From contig CAWCRH010000006.1 of assembly GCA_963797975.1 (NCBI GenBank), positions 347,967 through 411,966 of the forward strand: a stretch of 64,000 bases of DNA, written 5' to 3'. The DNA comes from an uncultured Thermoplasmata archaeon (GTDB lineage Archaea; Thermoplasmatota; Thermoplasmata; Lutacidiplasmatales; UBA184). The translations under genes and the position numbers were made by a program. Position 1 is the stretch's first letter, and every line of letters begins with the position of its first letter. This document shows, piece by piece, positions 47,931 through 57,109 of this stretch. Below the pieces are notes generated by a model, which did no database searches, was not told the DNA's origin, and saw nothing but the letters and a program-made list of their open reading frames with translations.

Positions 47931-48772
47931 TCTGCCGGGTCCGGGTGGGAATCTTCGCCACCCACGATCACCATGTTTCCGCGGGAGTCTCGCAGAACCT
48001 CCACGTGCACCCCGTAGAGCGCCGTGAGCCTCTCCGTCGTCAGGACCTCCGCCGGGAGTCCCGTGGCCACCCGTCCGTTAGCGATGTAGATGACCTTGTC
48101 CAAGCAGTGGATGAGCGGGTTGATGTCGTGGGCCACCAGCAGCGTGGTCACGTTTCTCGTTTTGACAAGGTCGTTGATCAGTTGGACCATTTCCCGAGCC
48201 CGCCGGATGTCGAGACTCGCGAGCGGTTCGTCCATCAGCAGCATCTCCGGCTGGCCGACGAGCGCCTCCGCCAAGAAGATCCTCTGGAGTTCCCCGCCGG
48301 ACATCGAGCCCAACGATTTCTTTCCCAACTCCTCAGCCCCTACCGCATGTAGGGCACCGTCCGTCGCCTCGCGCTCTCGGCGGAACATGTGGGGGGTTAG
48401 GTTCGGGATCCACTGATTGGCGGAGTACGCCAACCGGACGAGCTGGAGCGCCTCGACGTTCGTCTCCTTGTCCACGGTATGGCTCTGGGGGACGTAGCCG
48501 ATCTTCGAACTGCCGCGGCGAGGCGGGGCGCCGAAGATCTCGAGATGTCCTCCGGTCGGCCGCATCAACCCAAGGAGCAGGCGGAACAGCGTCGTCTTCC
48601 CCGCGCCATTTGGGCCGATGACCGCGACGAACTCACCGCGACGGATGCGGAAGTTGGCGTCCCTCCAGACGGGGTGGTCCCGGTATCCTACTTCCAGGTG
48701 GTCGGCCCGGGCAATCTCCAGGCTGCACCGGTGGCTCTCCCCCGCGTAGCGGTCCTCTACGCTCGAGGTCAA
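47927..48772 (-). CDS. Metal ABC transporter ATP-binding protein
   Basis: Walker A is GPNGAGKTT, the signature is MSGGELQR, and Walker B is LLMDEP. I place the start at the TTG at 48770-48772, which overlaps the binding-protein stop (TTGA). The track ORF extends to 48832. Confidence 0.8.
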   Translation of the reverse strand: MTSSVEDRYAGESHRCSLEIARADHLEVGYRDHPVWRDANFRIRRGEFVAVIGPNGAGKTTLFRLLLGLMRPTGGHLEIFGAPPRRGSSKIGYVPQSHTVDKETNVEALQLVRLAYSANQWIPNLTPHMFRREREATDGALHAVGAEELGKKSLGSMSGGELQRIFLAEALVGQPEMLLMDEPLASLDIRRAREMVQLINDLVKTRNVTTLLVAHDINPLIHCLDKVIYIANGRVATGLPAEVLTTERLTALYGVHVEVLRDSRGNMVIVGGEDSHPDPAE

Positions 48773-49738
48773 TTTCCGAGGGCGTAGGCGTTGAGCGCGT
48801 TGTACAGGTAGAGGTATTCCGCCCCCATCCATTGCTGGAACGAATAGTTCGGCGGCTGGATGGTCTCGGTTACGCTGATGACCGTGACGTTATTCTGCTG
48901 AGCGATCTGCTTCATGCTCGTCGTGATCGGCGTCACGGTCTGCGCGTTGTAGACCAGCACGCTAATGTTCCCGCTCTCGAGTTGATTCTGGAACTGCACC
49001 ACACTCTGGTCGGGGGGGTCGTTCCCTTCCGCGACGGCCTCCATGAACGCCGTAGGAGAGACCAGGTCGAGGTCCGTCGCGTTGGCCAGATACACGAAGA
49101 TGCTCTCCGTGGAGGCTACCTCCGTGCCCGCGAAGTGCGCTTTGATCTGGGTGACCTCGAGAGTACAGCGATCCCAAGGAGGCGGTCAAATTGTCATACT
49201 GATCGGTGAAGTACCCCGTGAGGCAGGGGGCGATCGTCGTGAGGTTGTGGTACATCCAGGCCACCGTCTCATTCACGTAGGTCGGGTTGTACCACAGGTG
49301 AGGGTTTCCCGTAACGATCCCACCGGTGACGTAGACTCCTAGGCTGTCGCCCACGTTCAGGATGGTCTGACCGCTATCGCCGTCCGCGGCAATGATCCCG
49401 GTGGCCCAATCGTCGTACCCGACGTTGTTGACAATCACGTACTGCGCATTGGTGATGCCGATGGCATCCGACGCGTTTGCTTGGTACTCGTGTGGGTCCG
49501 TATTCGGGTCGCTGACGATGCTCGTCACACGGACGTGAGTCCCACCGATCTGAGAGACCAGACTACCCCAGAAGTTCTCGGCGGCGACCACGTTAACGAC
49601 CGTGCTGGAGGTGCAGGAGGTGCTAGAGAGACCGCTCGGGCTGGTGGGCCCGCTCAGGGCGTATCCTACGACGATCCCCGAAGTGATCAGCCCGCCGGCC
49701 ACGACGACCGCAATGATGACCTTCGTGCTCTTCTGCAT
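48769..49738 (-). pseudogene. Metal ABC transporter substrate-binding protein (TroA/ZnuA-like), interrupted by a +1 frameshift within 49155-49170 as assembled
   Basis: The N-part has a signal anchor, DPNTDPHEYQ and GNPHLWYNP. The C-part, EVTQIKAHFAGTEVASTESIFVYLANATDLDLV..., reads in the +1 frame (track ORFs 48962..49738 and 48769..49095). Confidence 0.8.
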
Positions 49739-49851
49739 GGGTCAATCCCCCTCGGGGGCGAGCCCATGGCCGCCCTCGAACCCCGTCACCGCCATCCGAT
49801 CATGGTTCTCTGGCTCGGGGCTGGATTCCATCGTTCGCGAATCGGTCATGC

Positions 49852-50284
49852 TCAGCTACTCCCCCTTCGGCCGGAATGGGAAGTGATCGGTTCGCCGTGA
49901 GGGCAGACGGCGGGGTGGCCCGCCGCCGCATAGATTCGTTCCACGGTCTCGTGTGAGATGGCGAGGTCCACTTCCTTCGCCGCGGCGCAGATTGCTTTCG
50001 GGGAGAGGCCGAGGTGGCTGAACAGGCCTTCCGCGATCCGGTGGTGGCGCCGGGTACTCGACCAGGGTGTTTACGCCCTTGGAGGAGAGCCGGGTCTTTC
50101 CCCTGTATCGTGACACCAGTCCCAGCTTCTCAAGCTGGGTGAGATGTCCGAGCGCGGACGGAGGAGAAATCTCGAGACTCAAGGCCACCGCGTTCAGGGA
50201 GACACCCCGGTCGGGGGTCTCCTGAATGCCGATCACCTCGAGCGTCTGGACCTGCCGACGGGTGAGTCTCAGGAGGGTCTCCAC
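49852..50284 (-). pseudogene. DtxR/MntR-family metal-dependent repressor, interrupted by a +1 frameshift at 50052-50054 as assembled
   Basis: The wHTH is LTRRQVQTLEVIGIQE...VSLNAVALSLEISPPSALGHLTQLEKLGLVSRY. After ...LVEY the conserved RRHHRIAEGLFSHLGLSP...HPAVCPHGEPI continues in the +1 frame to the TGA at 49852. The start is the GTG at 50284. Confidence 0.8.
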
Positions 50285-50319
50285 GACCGCGAATAAACAG
50301 GGCGCGATATAAAGCGATA

Positions 50320-50332
50320 CCTAATTTTTAGG
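50320..50332. promoter_or_regulatory. CCTAA-TTT-TTAGG palindrome next to a TATA-like element; candidate DtxR-family operator
   Basis: This is a perfect 5+3+5 palindrome. TTAGG/CCTAA half-sites occur in the classical DtxR consensus. It lies directly upstream of CTTTATAT (minus strand, 50307-50314) and ~36-48 nt upstream of the repressor GTG. Confidence 0.4.
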
Positions 50333-50394
50333 CTTTACAAATGATTGGCTAGTGCCGCAGGACGCCGGACGCGCAGCTACGGAGGGGGATGGGT

Positions 50395-51564
50395 TCACTT
50401 CAACGATTCCTTTCTACTTCCGTAGAGGTCCCGCGCCGGGCTCAAAAGGTCGAACACTTCAGGGTCGATCGTGGGTCGCCCGTGGATCGCGAGGGAGGCC
50501 AGGTTCATCCCGACGCCGGGACCCAGCATGAAGCCCTGGCCGCACATCCCAATCCCGAGCAGGAGGCCGCGGACGTTCGGGGGCTTCCCGAGAATGGGAC
50601 TTCCGTCCGGGGTCATCGGGTAGAGTCCGCGCCAGACCCGGCGGATCGTCAGGTTCTTGAGCCGGGGGATGAGGTTCACGAGCCGGGCGGCGATGATCGG
50701 CATGAACTCGAACGTCGAGGTACGGTTCTCACCGGAGAACCGCTCCTTCGGGGTGTAGCAGAAGATGATCTGACCGTCCGAGTCCTGCCCGAAGTAGAAG
50801 TTGATGGTCTTCCCCTCGGGCCCGGGGCGGATGTCCACCACCAACGGGTCGAGGAACTGCTTGACGGGTGCTGAAATCCCTGCTTCGTGACTTTCGGGCA
50901 GCACCGGCAGGTCGAGGCCGGCCATGGTGCAGATGCGGCTCGCGTGCGCGCCGGCGGTGTTGATCACGACGGGGGCATGGTACTCTTCCCGGTCCGTTCT
51001 CACGCCGGTCACCGTGTGGTCCTCCATCACCAGGCCCGTGACCGATTCTTGGTAGCGGTACTCGGCGTGCAGGCGGACGGCCTCGTGGGTGAACGATTCC
51101 GACGCCTTGAGAGGGCTTACCTGACCGTCGTCCGGCGAGTACGTCCCGCCGCGAAGGCCGTGCGGTGTGATCCCGGAGACCACGCGCCGGATCCCCTCCG
51201 CATCCAGCCAGTCGATGTTGAGATGGAAGGACTTCTGGATCGGCAGGAGCTTCTGGAGAGTGGATTCAACGTTCTCGTCGAACGCGGGGAAACAGTAGCC
51301 GCCTTTCTTCCAACCGATATTGGTCCCGGTCGACTCCTTCCAGTGAGAGAAGATCTCGAGGCTCAGCTGAGCGAGCCGGATCTTCGCCGGGTCGGAGTGC
51401 GTTGCCCGCACCCCTCCGATGGCCGCCTTGTTCTGACCTTGTCCGGAGGACGCCATCTCGTCCAGGACGACGACCCGCAGGCCTTCTCGCGCGAGGAAGT
51501 AGGCGGTGGGGTTGCCGACCGACCCCGCACCGATGACGATGGCATCAAACTCAGGGTGTGCCAT
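50395..51564 (-). CDS. FAD-dependent oxidoreductase, sarcosine-oxidase-beta / L-proline dehydrogenase beta-like
   Basis: 389-aa ORF with FDAIVIGAGSVGNPTAYFLAREG (GxGxxG). Its start overlaps the alpha-like gene by 14 nt. Confidence 0.75.
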   Translation of the reverse strand: MAHPEFDAIVIGAGSVGNPTAYFLAREGLRVVVLDEMASSGQGQNKAAIGGVRATHSDPAKIRLAQLSLEIFSHWKESTGTNIGWKKGGYCFPAFDENVESTLQKLLPIQKSFHLNIDWLDAEGIRRVVSGITPHGLRGGTYSPDDGQVSPLKASESFTHEAVRLHAEYRYQESVTGLVMEDHTVTGVRTDREEYHAPVVINTAGAHASRICTMAGLDLPVLPESHEAGISAPVKQFLDPLVVDIRPGPEGKTINFYFGQDSDGQIIFCYTPKERFSGENRTSTFEFMPIIAARLVNLIPRLKNLTIRRVWRGLYPMTPDGSPILGKPPNVRGLLLGIGMCGQGFMLGPGVGMNLASLAIHGRPTIDPEVFDLLSPARDLYGSRKESLK

Positions 51565-53638
51565 CTTCCACCGCGACGAAGGCGGTGATCGGGACTTCCT
51601 GAGCGAACGGACGATGCACGGGAGAGGTCACGTTCCGCGGGTCCACTCCCAGCTCGCGGAAGACGCGCAGGATCAACTCGCCGCACGTCTTACCCCCACA
51701 GGGCCCCATCCCGCTCCGTAGCCCGGCCTTGACCGCGTTCAGGTCCCGCGTCCCGGTCCGTTGGATGTACTCGATGACGGTCTCGCGCGTGACGCGCTCG
51801 CACCGGCAGAGGATGGTCTCGGCAACGCCGTCCGTCGCGAATCCCTCCGCGCGCACCAGCGGTTCCGGTTCCCGGATCCGGACCCCCGCGATGCGGTCCG
51901 CCTCCGATGCAGGGACGTCCAAGACCATCATCCGGCGTCGATTGAGGGCCTTTCCGGATAGGATGCGGATCACTCTCCCGGTACCTACCGCCTCCCCCTC
52001 GAAACCGGTCGTCGGAACGAGCTGGCCGGGCCGCACGAGCTCCTCGGGCATCTCCCACGGGATCGTCACTTTCGCCCGTTCACCGCCGGGGTCGTAGCGC
52101 CGGTCCACCATGCTGATCGCGAGCCCGGGGCAAACGGCCACGCATTTCAGGCACCCGACACAGCCCCCGACGAGCTTCGGGCGTCCGAGGATGTTCCCCT
52201 CCAGGATGATGATGCTATCTTCGGGGCAGACCGTGGTGCACGGGTTACAGGGGATCTCCTGGGCACAGCGGATGACCGGATAGACCTTGAGGTCGGTCGG
52301 CGGAGGGTACGACCCCCGGATGGGCCCGGGATGCGAGGCGAGCAGCGCTCCCATACTTCGCCACGCCTCGGGAACCTCGACCGCAACGCCCAGGTCGCGA
52401 AGGATGGTTCGCGCCACGATCTTCCCGGAGAACATCGCCGCGGACGCCTCCGCGATCTCGTTGGCATCGCCGGCGGCGTAGACCCGCATTCCGAGCCGTC
52501 GTCCCTCTTCGAACATCTCGTTCACAGAGGAGAGCCCGACCGCGACGAGCACGGTGTCCACGTCAAAGACGACCTCGGTTCCCTCGATCGGGTGGAAATG
52601 GTCATCGACCCGAGCCGCGATCACCCGCTCGACGCGGCCCATCCCCTCCGCGCGGAGGACCGTGTGCGAAGTGTACACGGGCACGCCCAGTCGGAGGATC
52701 TTGTCCCGATGGACCTGATAGCCCCCGACCCGGGGCAGGATCTCGACCAGGGCGACGACGTCGATGCCGGCCTGGAGCGCTTGGTAGGCGACGATGAGGC
52801 CTACGTTCCCTCCTCCTATGATGAGCAGTCGCTGGGACGGCTTGATCAGGTCGCGGTTGACGAGCGTCTGAAAGGCACCCCCTCCGTAGACCCCGGGGAG
52901 GTCCGCTCCCGCGAACGCGAGAGCCTTCTCGCGAGCTCCCGACGCCACGAGGAGGGACTTCGGCTTGACCACCGTGAAGCGCCCGTGCTTCACGACGCCG
53001 ACCCGGCCGCCATCGAAGATCCCCACGACCGGTGAATCGGTCCAAACGTCGATCCCCGGCTGGGCTCGCACCTTCTCTTCGAGGATCTCTCCGATCTCGG
53101 TGCCCCGGTGGCCGGCGTAACACTCATCCGCCGAGCCGAAGAAGTTGTGCGTCTGGAGGCTCAGCTTCCCTCCCAGCGACTGCTTGTCGTCGCACAGGGT
53201 TACTCTGACCCCGTAGGAGGCGAGCTCGGCCGCGGCCGTCAGACCCGCCGGTCCCCCGCCGACGACCAGGACGTCGGTCTCGACCTGCTCGATCCGCGGG
53301 CTCGCCCGAAGGGGGGCGTCGTCCGCCTCGAGCTCTGGATTGCCCACTAAGGTTCGGACCCGCATGCCGGGTCGAACGGGCGTGATACAGGCCTTCACCG
53401 CGCGGCCGTCCGCCACCACGAGGCATTGCGCGCACTGACCGTTGGCACAGAAGATCCCCTGGGGCGCGCCGTCCTTGACGTGGCGGCCGAAAACATGGAT
53501 GCCGTTTGCGAACATGGCCGACGAGATCATCTCGGACTTCCGCGCCGAGAGGACATGACCATCGAGAGTGAACTCGACCATCTCCGGGTTCGCCGGCACC
53601 TTTAGAATCGGGTGTTGTTCGAGCCGGTCGGCCGCCAT
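51551..53638 (-). CDS. Multidomain FAD/NAD(P)-binding iron-sulfur oxidoreductase (sarcosine-oxidase-alpha / proline dehydrogenase alpha-like, with 2Fe-2S, 4Fe-4S and BFD-like domains)
   Basis: It contains the 2Fe-2S cluster CANGQCAQCLV, VLVVGGGPAGLTAA, LLIIGGGNVGL, the ferredoxin cluster CVGCLKCVAVCP and the BFD-like CRCERVTRETV...GPCGGKTC. Confidence 0.7.
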   Translation of the reverse strand: MAADRLEQHPILKVPANPEMVEFTLDGHVLSARKSEMISSAMFANGIHVFGRHVKDGAPQGIFCANGQCAQCLVVADGRAVKACITPVRPGMRVRTLVGNPELEADDAPLRASPRIEQVETDVLVVGGGPAGLTAAAELASYGVRVTLCDDKQSLGGKLSLQTHNFFGSADECYAGHRGTEIGEILEEKVRAQPGIDVWTDSPVVGIFDGGRVGVVKHGRFTVVKPKSLLVASGAREKALAFAGADLPGVYGGGAFQTLVNRDLIKPSQRLLIIGGGNVGLIVAYQALQAGIDVVALVEILPRVGGYQVHRDKILRLGVPVYTSHTVLRAEGMGRVERVIAARVDDHFHPIEGTEVVFDVDTVLVAVGLSSVNEMFEEGRRLGMRVYAAGDANEIAEASAAMFSGKIVARTILRDLGVAVEVPEAWRSMGALLASHPGPIRGSYPPPTDLKVYPVIRCAQEIPCNPCTTVCPEDSIIILEGNILGRPKLVGGCVGCLKCVAVCPGLAISMVDRRYDPGGERAKVTIPWEMPEELVRPGQLVPTTGFEGEAVGTGRVIRILSGKALNRRRMMVLDVPASEADRIAGVRIREPEPLVRAEGFATDGVAETILCRCERVTRETVIEYIQRTGTRDLNAVKAGLRSGMGPCGGKTCGELILRVFRELGVDPRNVTSPVHRPFAQEVPITAFVAVEDGTP

Positions 53639-53737
53639 CGAATACCTGCCAACGATTCGACCGGGAGGGGTCGTCTTAACCTCCGCGTCAAGGCGATTTC
53701 ACGAAACCGTTAGCAGGGTAGGCCCGGTGGGACCATC

Positions 53738-55357
53738 ATGAGCTGGAATATCGAGCGCCCAGTCAACGACGTCAACACCATCCGCTCCTACGCCCCCGGC
53801 TCTCCCGACCGTCGGAAACTCGAGGAAGAGCTGGCCGCGATGCGCAAGGCGACGGTCGAGATCCCTCTCGTCGTGGGGGGGCGAGAGGTCCGCACCGGGA
53901 CGGTCGTCGATGTCCCCTGCTCCGACGACACGTCGACCATCCTCGGTCGGGCGCATCTGGCCGGCCCGAACGAGCTTCTCCGCGCCGCGGAGAGCGCCCT
54001 CGCAGCGCACGCGGCGTGGGCCAGCATGGATTCCTACCATCGAACGGCCGTCTTCGTGAAGGCCGCGACGTTGCTCGCGGGACCCCGCCGAACGCGGAAC
54101 ATCGCCGCGATCATGCTCAACCACTCGAAAAACCCGTACGAGGCCGAGATCGACCTCGCCGAGCTCGTGGACTTCTGGAACTTCAACGCCTATTTCGCGC
54201 ACCAGATCTACGAGATCCAGCCGAACCAGTACCCGGGGGAGACCAACCGCCTCGACTGGCGCCCGCTCGAAGGGTTCATCCTGGCGGTGCCGCCGTTCAA
54301 CTTCTACTCGATCGCGGGGAACCTTCCGACGGCTCCCGCGATGGTCGGCAACGTGGCGCTGTGGAAGCCAGCGCGCTCGGTGATCTTCTCGAACTACGAG
54401 ATCTTCAAGGTGCTGGTCGAAGCCGGCCTTCCGGCCGGGGCGATCAACTTTGTCCCGTTCTCGAGCAAGGATGCGAACGTCCTGCTCGACCACCGTGACC
54501 TGGCGGGCATCCATTTCACGGGGAGCTACGACACCCTCGTGCACATCTGGAAGCGGGTCGGCGAGAACCTCGAGAAGTACCGTAACTTCCCTCGCATCGT
54601 CGGGGAGGCCGGTGGGAAGGACTTCATTTTCATGCACCCATCCGCCGACGCGCGCGGTACCGCGTTCAATCTCCTCCGTGGCGCCTTCGAGTACCAGGGT
54701 CAGAAGTGCTCTGCGTGCTCTCGGGCCTACATCCCGCAGAGCCGGTGGCCCGATGTGGAACGGATCCTGAAGGAGGAACTCCCGAAGGTCCCGGTCGGTC
54801 CGGTGAGCGATCTCAAGAACCTGATGGGCGCGGTCATCGACGAGGCGGCGTTCATGAACATCGAGCGCTACCTCGATTTCGCCCGCCAGCATCCCAAGGA
54901 GTACTCCTTCGTCGTGGACGGAGGGACCGACCGCACGAAGGGTTGGTTCGTCCGGCCGACCGTGATCCGAACGACGGACCCCCGCGGGAGACTGATGTCG
55001 GAGGAGATATTCGGCCCGGTCCTGACGCTCTACGTCTACCCCGATGAGAAGTTCGAGGAGACTCTCGCCCTTTGCGATACGACCTCCCCCTACGCACTCA
55101 CGGGGGCGATCTTCGCCCACGACGCGTACGCGGTCGCGAAGGCCGAGGCGATGCTCCGCTGGAGCGCGGGGAACTTCTACGTCAACGACAAGCCGACTGG
55201 GGCGATTGTCGGCCGTCAGCCGTTCGGGGGTGCTCGTCGCTCGGGGACCAACGACAAGGCCGGGTCGATCCTCAACGTCCTACGGTGGGTGACCCCCCGC
55301 AACATCAAGGAGAGCGCGGTGCTACCGGACGACTGGCGTCGCCCCTTCATGGGCTAA
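53738..55357 (+). CDS. pruA: L-glutamate gamma-semialdehyde (1-pyrroline-5-carboxylate) dehydrogenase
   Basis: 539-aa ORF. It has an ALDH fold with PruA-type blocks (EIDLAELVDFWNFNAYFA, FTGSYDT, GEAGGKDF, GQKCSACSRAYI, EEIFGPV). Confidence 0.8.
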   Translation: MSWNIERPVNDVNTIRSYAPGSPDRRKLEEELAAMRKATVEIPLVVGGREVRTGTVVDVPCSDDTSTILGRAHLAGPNELLRAAESALAAHAAWASMDSYHRTAVFVKAATLLAGPRRTRNIAAIMLNHSKNPYEAEIDLAELVDFWNFNAYFAHQIYEIQPNQYPGETNRLDWRPLEGFILAVPPFNFYSIAGNLPTAPAMVGNVALWKPARSVIFSNYEIFKVLVEAGLPAGAINFVPFSSKDANVLLDHRDLAGIHFTGSYDTLVHIWKRVGENLEKYRNFPRIVGEAGGKDFIFMHPSADARGTAFNLLRGAFEYQGQKCSACSRAYIPQSRWPDVERILKEELPKVPVGPVSDLKNLMGAVIDEAAFMNIERYLDFARQHPKEYSFVVDGGTDRTKGWFVRPTVIRTTDPRGRLMSEEIFGPVLTLYVYPDEKFEETLALCDTTSPYALTGAIFAHDAYAVAKAEAMLRWSAGNFYVNDKPTGAIVGRQPFGGARRSGTNDKAGSILNVLRWVTPRNIKESAVLPDDWRRPFMG

Positions 55358-55418
55358 GGGCGGACGGGTCCGCCCCGCCGGTCGGGGTCCCTCCGCGAAC
55401 CGATAGGCCTTGCCGGCG

Positions 55419-56612
55419 TCAGCGAGAGCCCGGCACTGGGCCGACCTCGACGGGCCTTTCGTCCGACGTTTTTCCGAACGCTGGGAGGAGACGAACGGTC
55501 GATGGGAGCCCGGAAGGTGGGCGATACTCGGAGGGCGGCCGGCCCCCGATCCGAACGACCTTCTCGGCGACCGTTCCACAATAGCCGCACTCCAGGCACG
55601 CAATGTGCTCGCAATCGGTGGCGGCGATTCGCCGGAGAAACCCCGGCGGGAATGCGTCGTTATCGATCGTCACGTCGTCGAGGCGGGCGAACGCCTCCCG
55701 CAGGGGTTCGACCACCTCCGGAGCTACCCCTCGGTGGGCGAGCGTCGACAAGGCCTTGGACGGTCCTTTGATCTGGACGAAGCTCAGGATGTCCAGAAGG
55801 TTCCCGTGGTAGCTACGGTCGGCGTAGGCCTGGGCCACGCGTACCAGCCACTCGGTCGGGCGGTTACGACCGGATATCTTGAAGCGGTGTACGCCGGCCT
55901 CCTCGTAGACCGAGAGGTCCTCGGGCCGGACCCAGATCGAGGAGATCAGCTTCTGGGGGTCGCGGACGACCTCAAGTCCACACTCCAGGATCGGGAACTC
56001 GAACCAGAGGTGGTCCCCGTCGGGTTGTGAGCACAACGAACTCGTGTTCAAGTGGTGGGCTCGGTACGGGCACTCGTGGATACAGGTCTGGTTGGTCAGT
56101 ACCTCCACGCGAGCGCCGGTACGGACCAGTCCGCGGATGAGCGGAAAATCGCGGTTACCTTCCTCGAGAATCACCGTGTCAGCCCCGAGCCGGAGGAAGT
56201 ACTCGGCCTGGCTGACCGAATGGATCCGCGCGAAGGAGGAGACCGAGATGGGAACCTCCGGGTAGGCGCGGTGGACCGCCTCGACGAGCGCCGGGATCGC
56301 GATGACGAACCCATCGACCCCCAGGTCGAGGAGGTCACCGACTTCCCGCTGGAACGCATCGAGGTAGCCCGGACGGTACTCCTTCAGCCCGAGGTCGTTG
56401 CTGTTGAGGGTCGCGTAGAAATCCCGTCCGGTTCGATGAACGGCCTTCAGGTGGCGACGGAATCCCTCCCGGTCCACGACGCGAAGGATGAAGGGGGGAC
56501 GTCCGGCTCCCGTGAGCGAGACCGCGAAGCCCCCGAAGAACGATCGGACCGGTAGGCCCGAGACCAGGTCGGGAAGCGCGTCGTCCAGGTTCGTTGCCAG
56601 TACCAGCTCCAT
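55419..56612 (-). CDS. Peptidase-U32-family protein (family includes the prephenate-dependent hydroxylases RlhA/TrhP/UbiU-UbiV)
   Basis: MELVLATNLDD..., DFYATLNSNDLGL, GVDGFVIAIPALVEAV and a Cys-rich region (QTCIHECPYRAHH, CEHIACLECGYCG) fit a U32 TIM-barrel plus Fe-S ligands. The ATG at 56610-56612 is preferred over the track start at 56708. Confidence 0.6.
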   Translation of the reverse strand: MELVLATNLDDALPDLVSGLPVRSFFGGFAVSLTGAGRPPFILRVVDREGFRRHLKAVHRTGRDFYATLNSNDLGLKEYRPGYLDAFQREVGDLLDLGVDGFVIAIPALVEAVHRAYPEVPISVSSFARIHSVSQAEYFLRLGADTVILEEGNRDFPLIRGLVRTGARVEVLTNQTCIHECPYRAHHLNTSSLCSQPDGDHLWFEFPILECGLEVVRDPQKLISSIWVRPEDLSVYEEAGVHRFKISGRNRPTEWLVRVAQAYADRSYHGNLLDILSFVQIKGPSKALSTLAHRGVAPEVVEPLREAFARLDDVTIDNDAFPPGFLRRIAATDCEHIACLECGYCGTVAEKVVRIGGRPPSEYRPPSGLPSTVRLLPAFGKTSDERPVEVGPVPGSR

Positions 56613-56701
56613 CGTCCCGAAAAGGGCCCCGAACCTCGTCACGCTGACCCCGCACCGGTGCGGCACAAGTGGCTTCGGGACCTGTTTCCTCTTCTTTTGC
56701 C

Positions 56702-57109
56702 ATGGCATCGAACGGCCCCCCTACTGAATCGCTCACCCGGCTACGGCAGGAGATTGAGAGCGTGGACCGGTCGATCGTGCTTCTGCTCGCCGCCCGCTTG
56801 GATGCTGCCCAGCGGGCCATTCATGCACGGGTCGGGCACGACCCCCGTCGGACCACCGACGCGGCCCAGGAGCGGCGCGTCCTCCAGCGGAGCCGGGCGT
56901 GGGCTCGCGAGGTGGGGCTCCCGGAGAAGCTCGTGGAGACGCTGTTCCGCACTCTCATCGAGGAAGGGAAGGCGCGCTTCCACCGGGGCGAGAGACCGAC
57001 CAATCCTTTGCCGTTCGTGACCGTCCTGATGGCCGTCCCCGAGAGGTCCGAGGAGGACCTAGGGAGTGGCGCGGACCCTCAGCTCGTCGCCGTATCGGCC
57101 CCCCGCTAG
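56702..57109 (+). CDS. Chorismate mutase, AroQ (type II) class
   Basis: LTRLRQEIESVDRSIVLLLAARLDAAQRAIHAR...RRVLQRSRAWAREVGLPEKLVETLFRTLIEE is the canonical CM_2 helix pattern. Confidence 0.75.
   Translation: MASNGPPTESLTRLRQEIESVDRSIVLLLAARLDAAQRAIHARVGHDPRRTTDAAQERRVLQRSRAWAREVGLPEKLVETLFRTLIEEGKARFHRGERPTNPLPFVTVLMAVPERSEEDLGSGADPQLVAVSAPR

Noticed and set aside
49741-49849. 36-aa ORF (MTDSRTMESSPEPENHDRMAVTGFEGGHGLAPEGD) between the DtxR-like gene and the binding-protein gene
   Set aside because: It is too short, nothing shows it is conserved, and it may simply be spacer. It is worth noting only if metal-operon leader peptides are being sought.
53699-55120. 473-aa minus-strand ORF
   Set aside because: It is antisense to pruA, whose ALDH motifs are clear. 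It is a high-GC shadow ORF.
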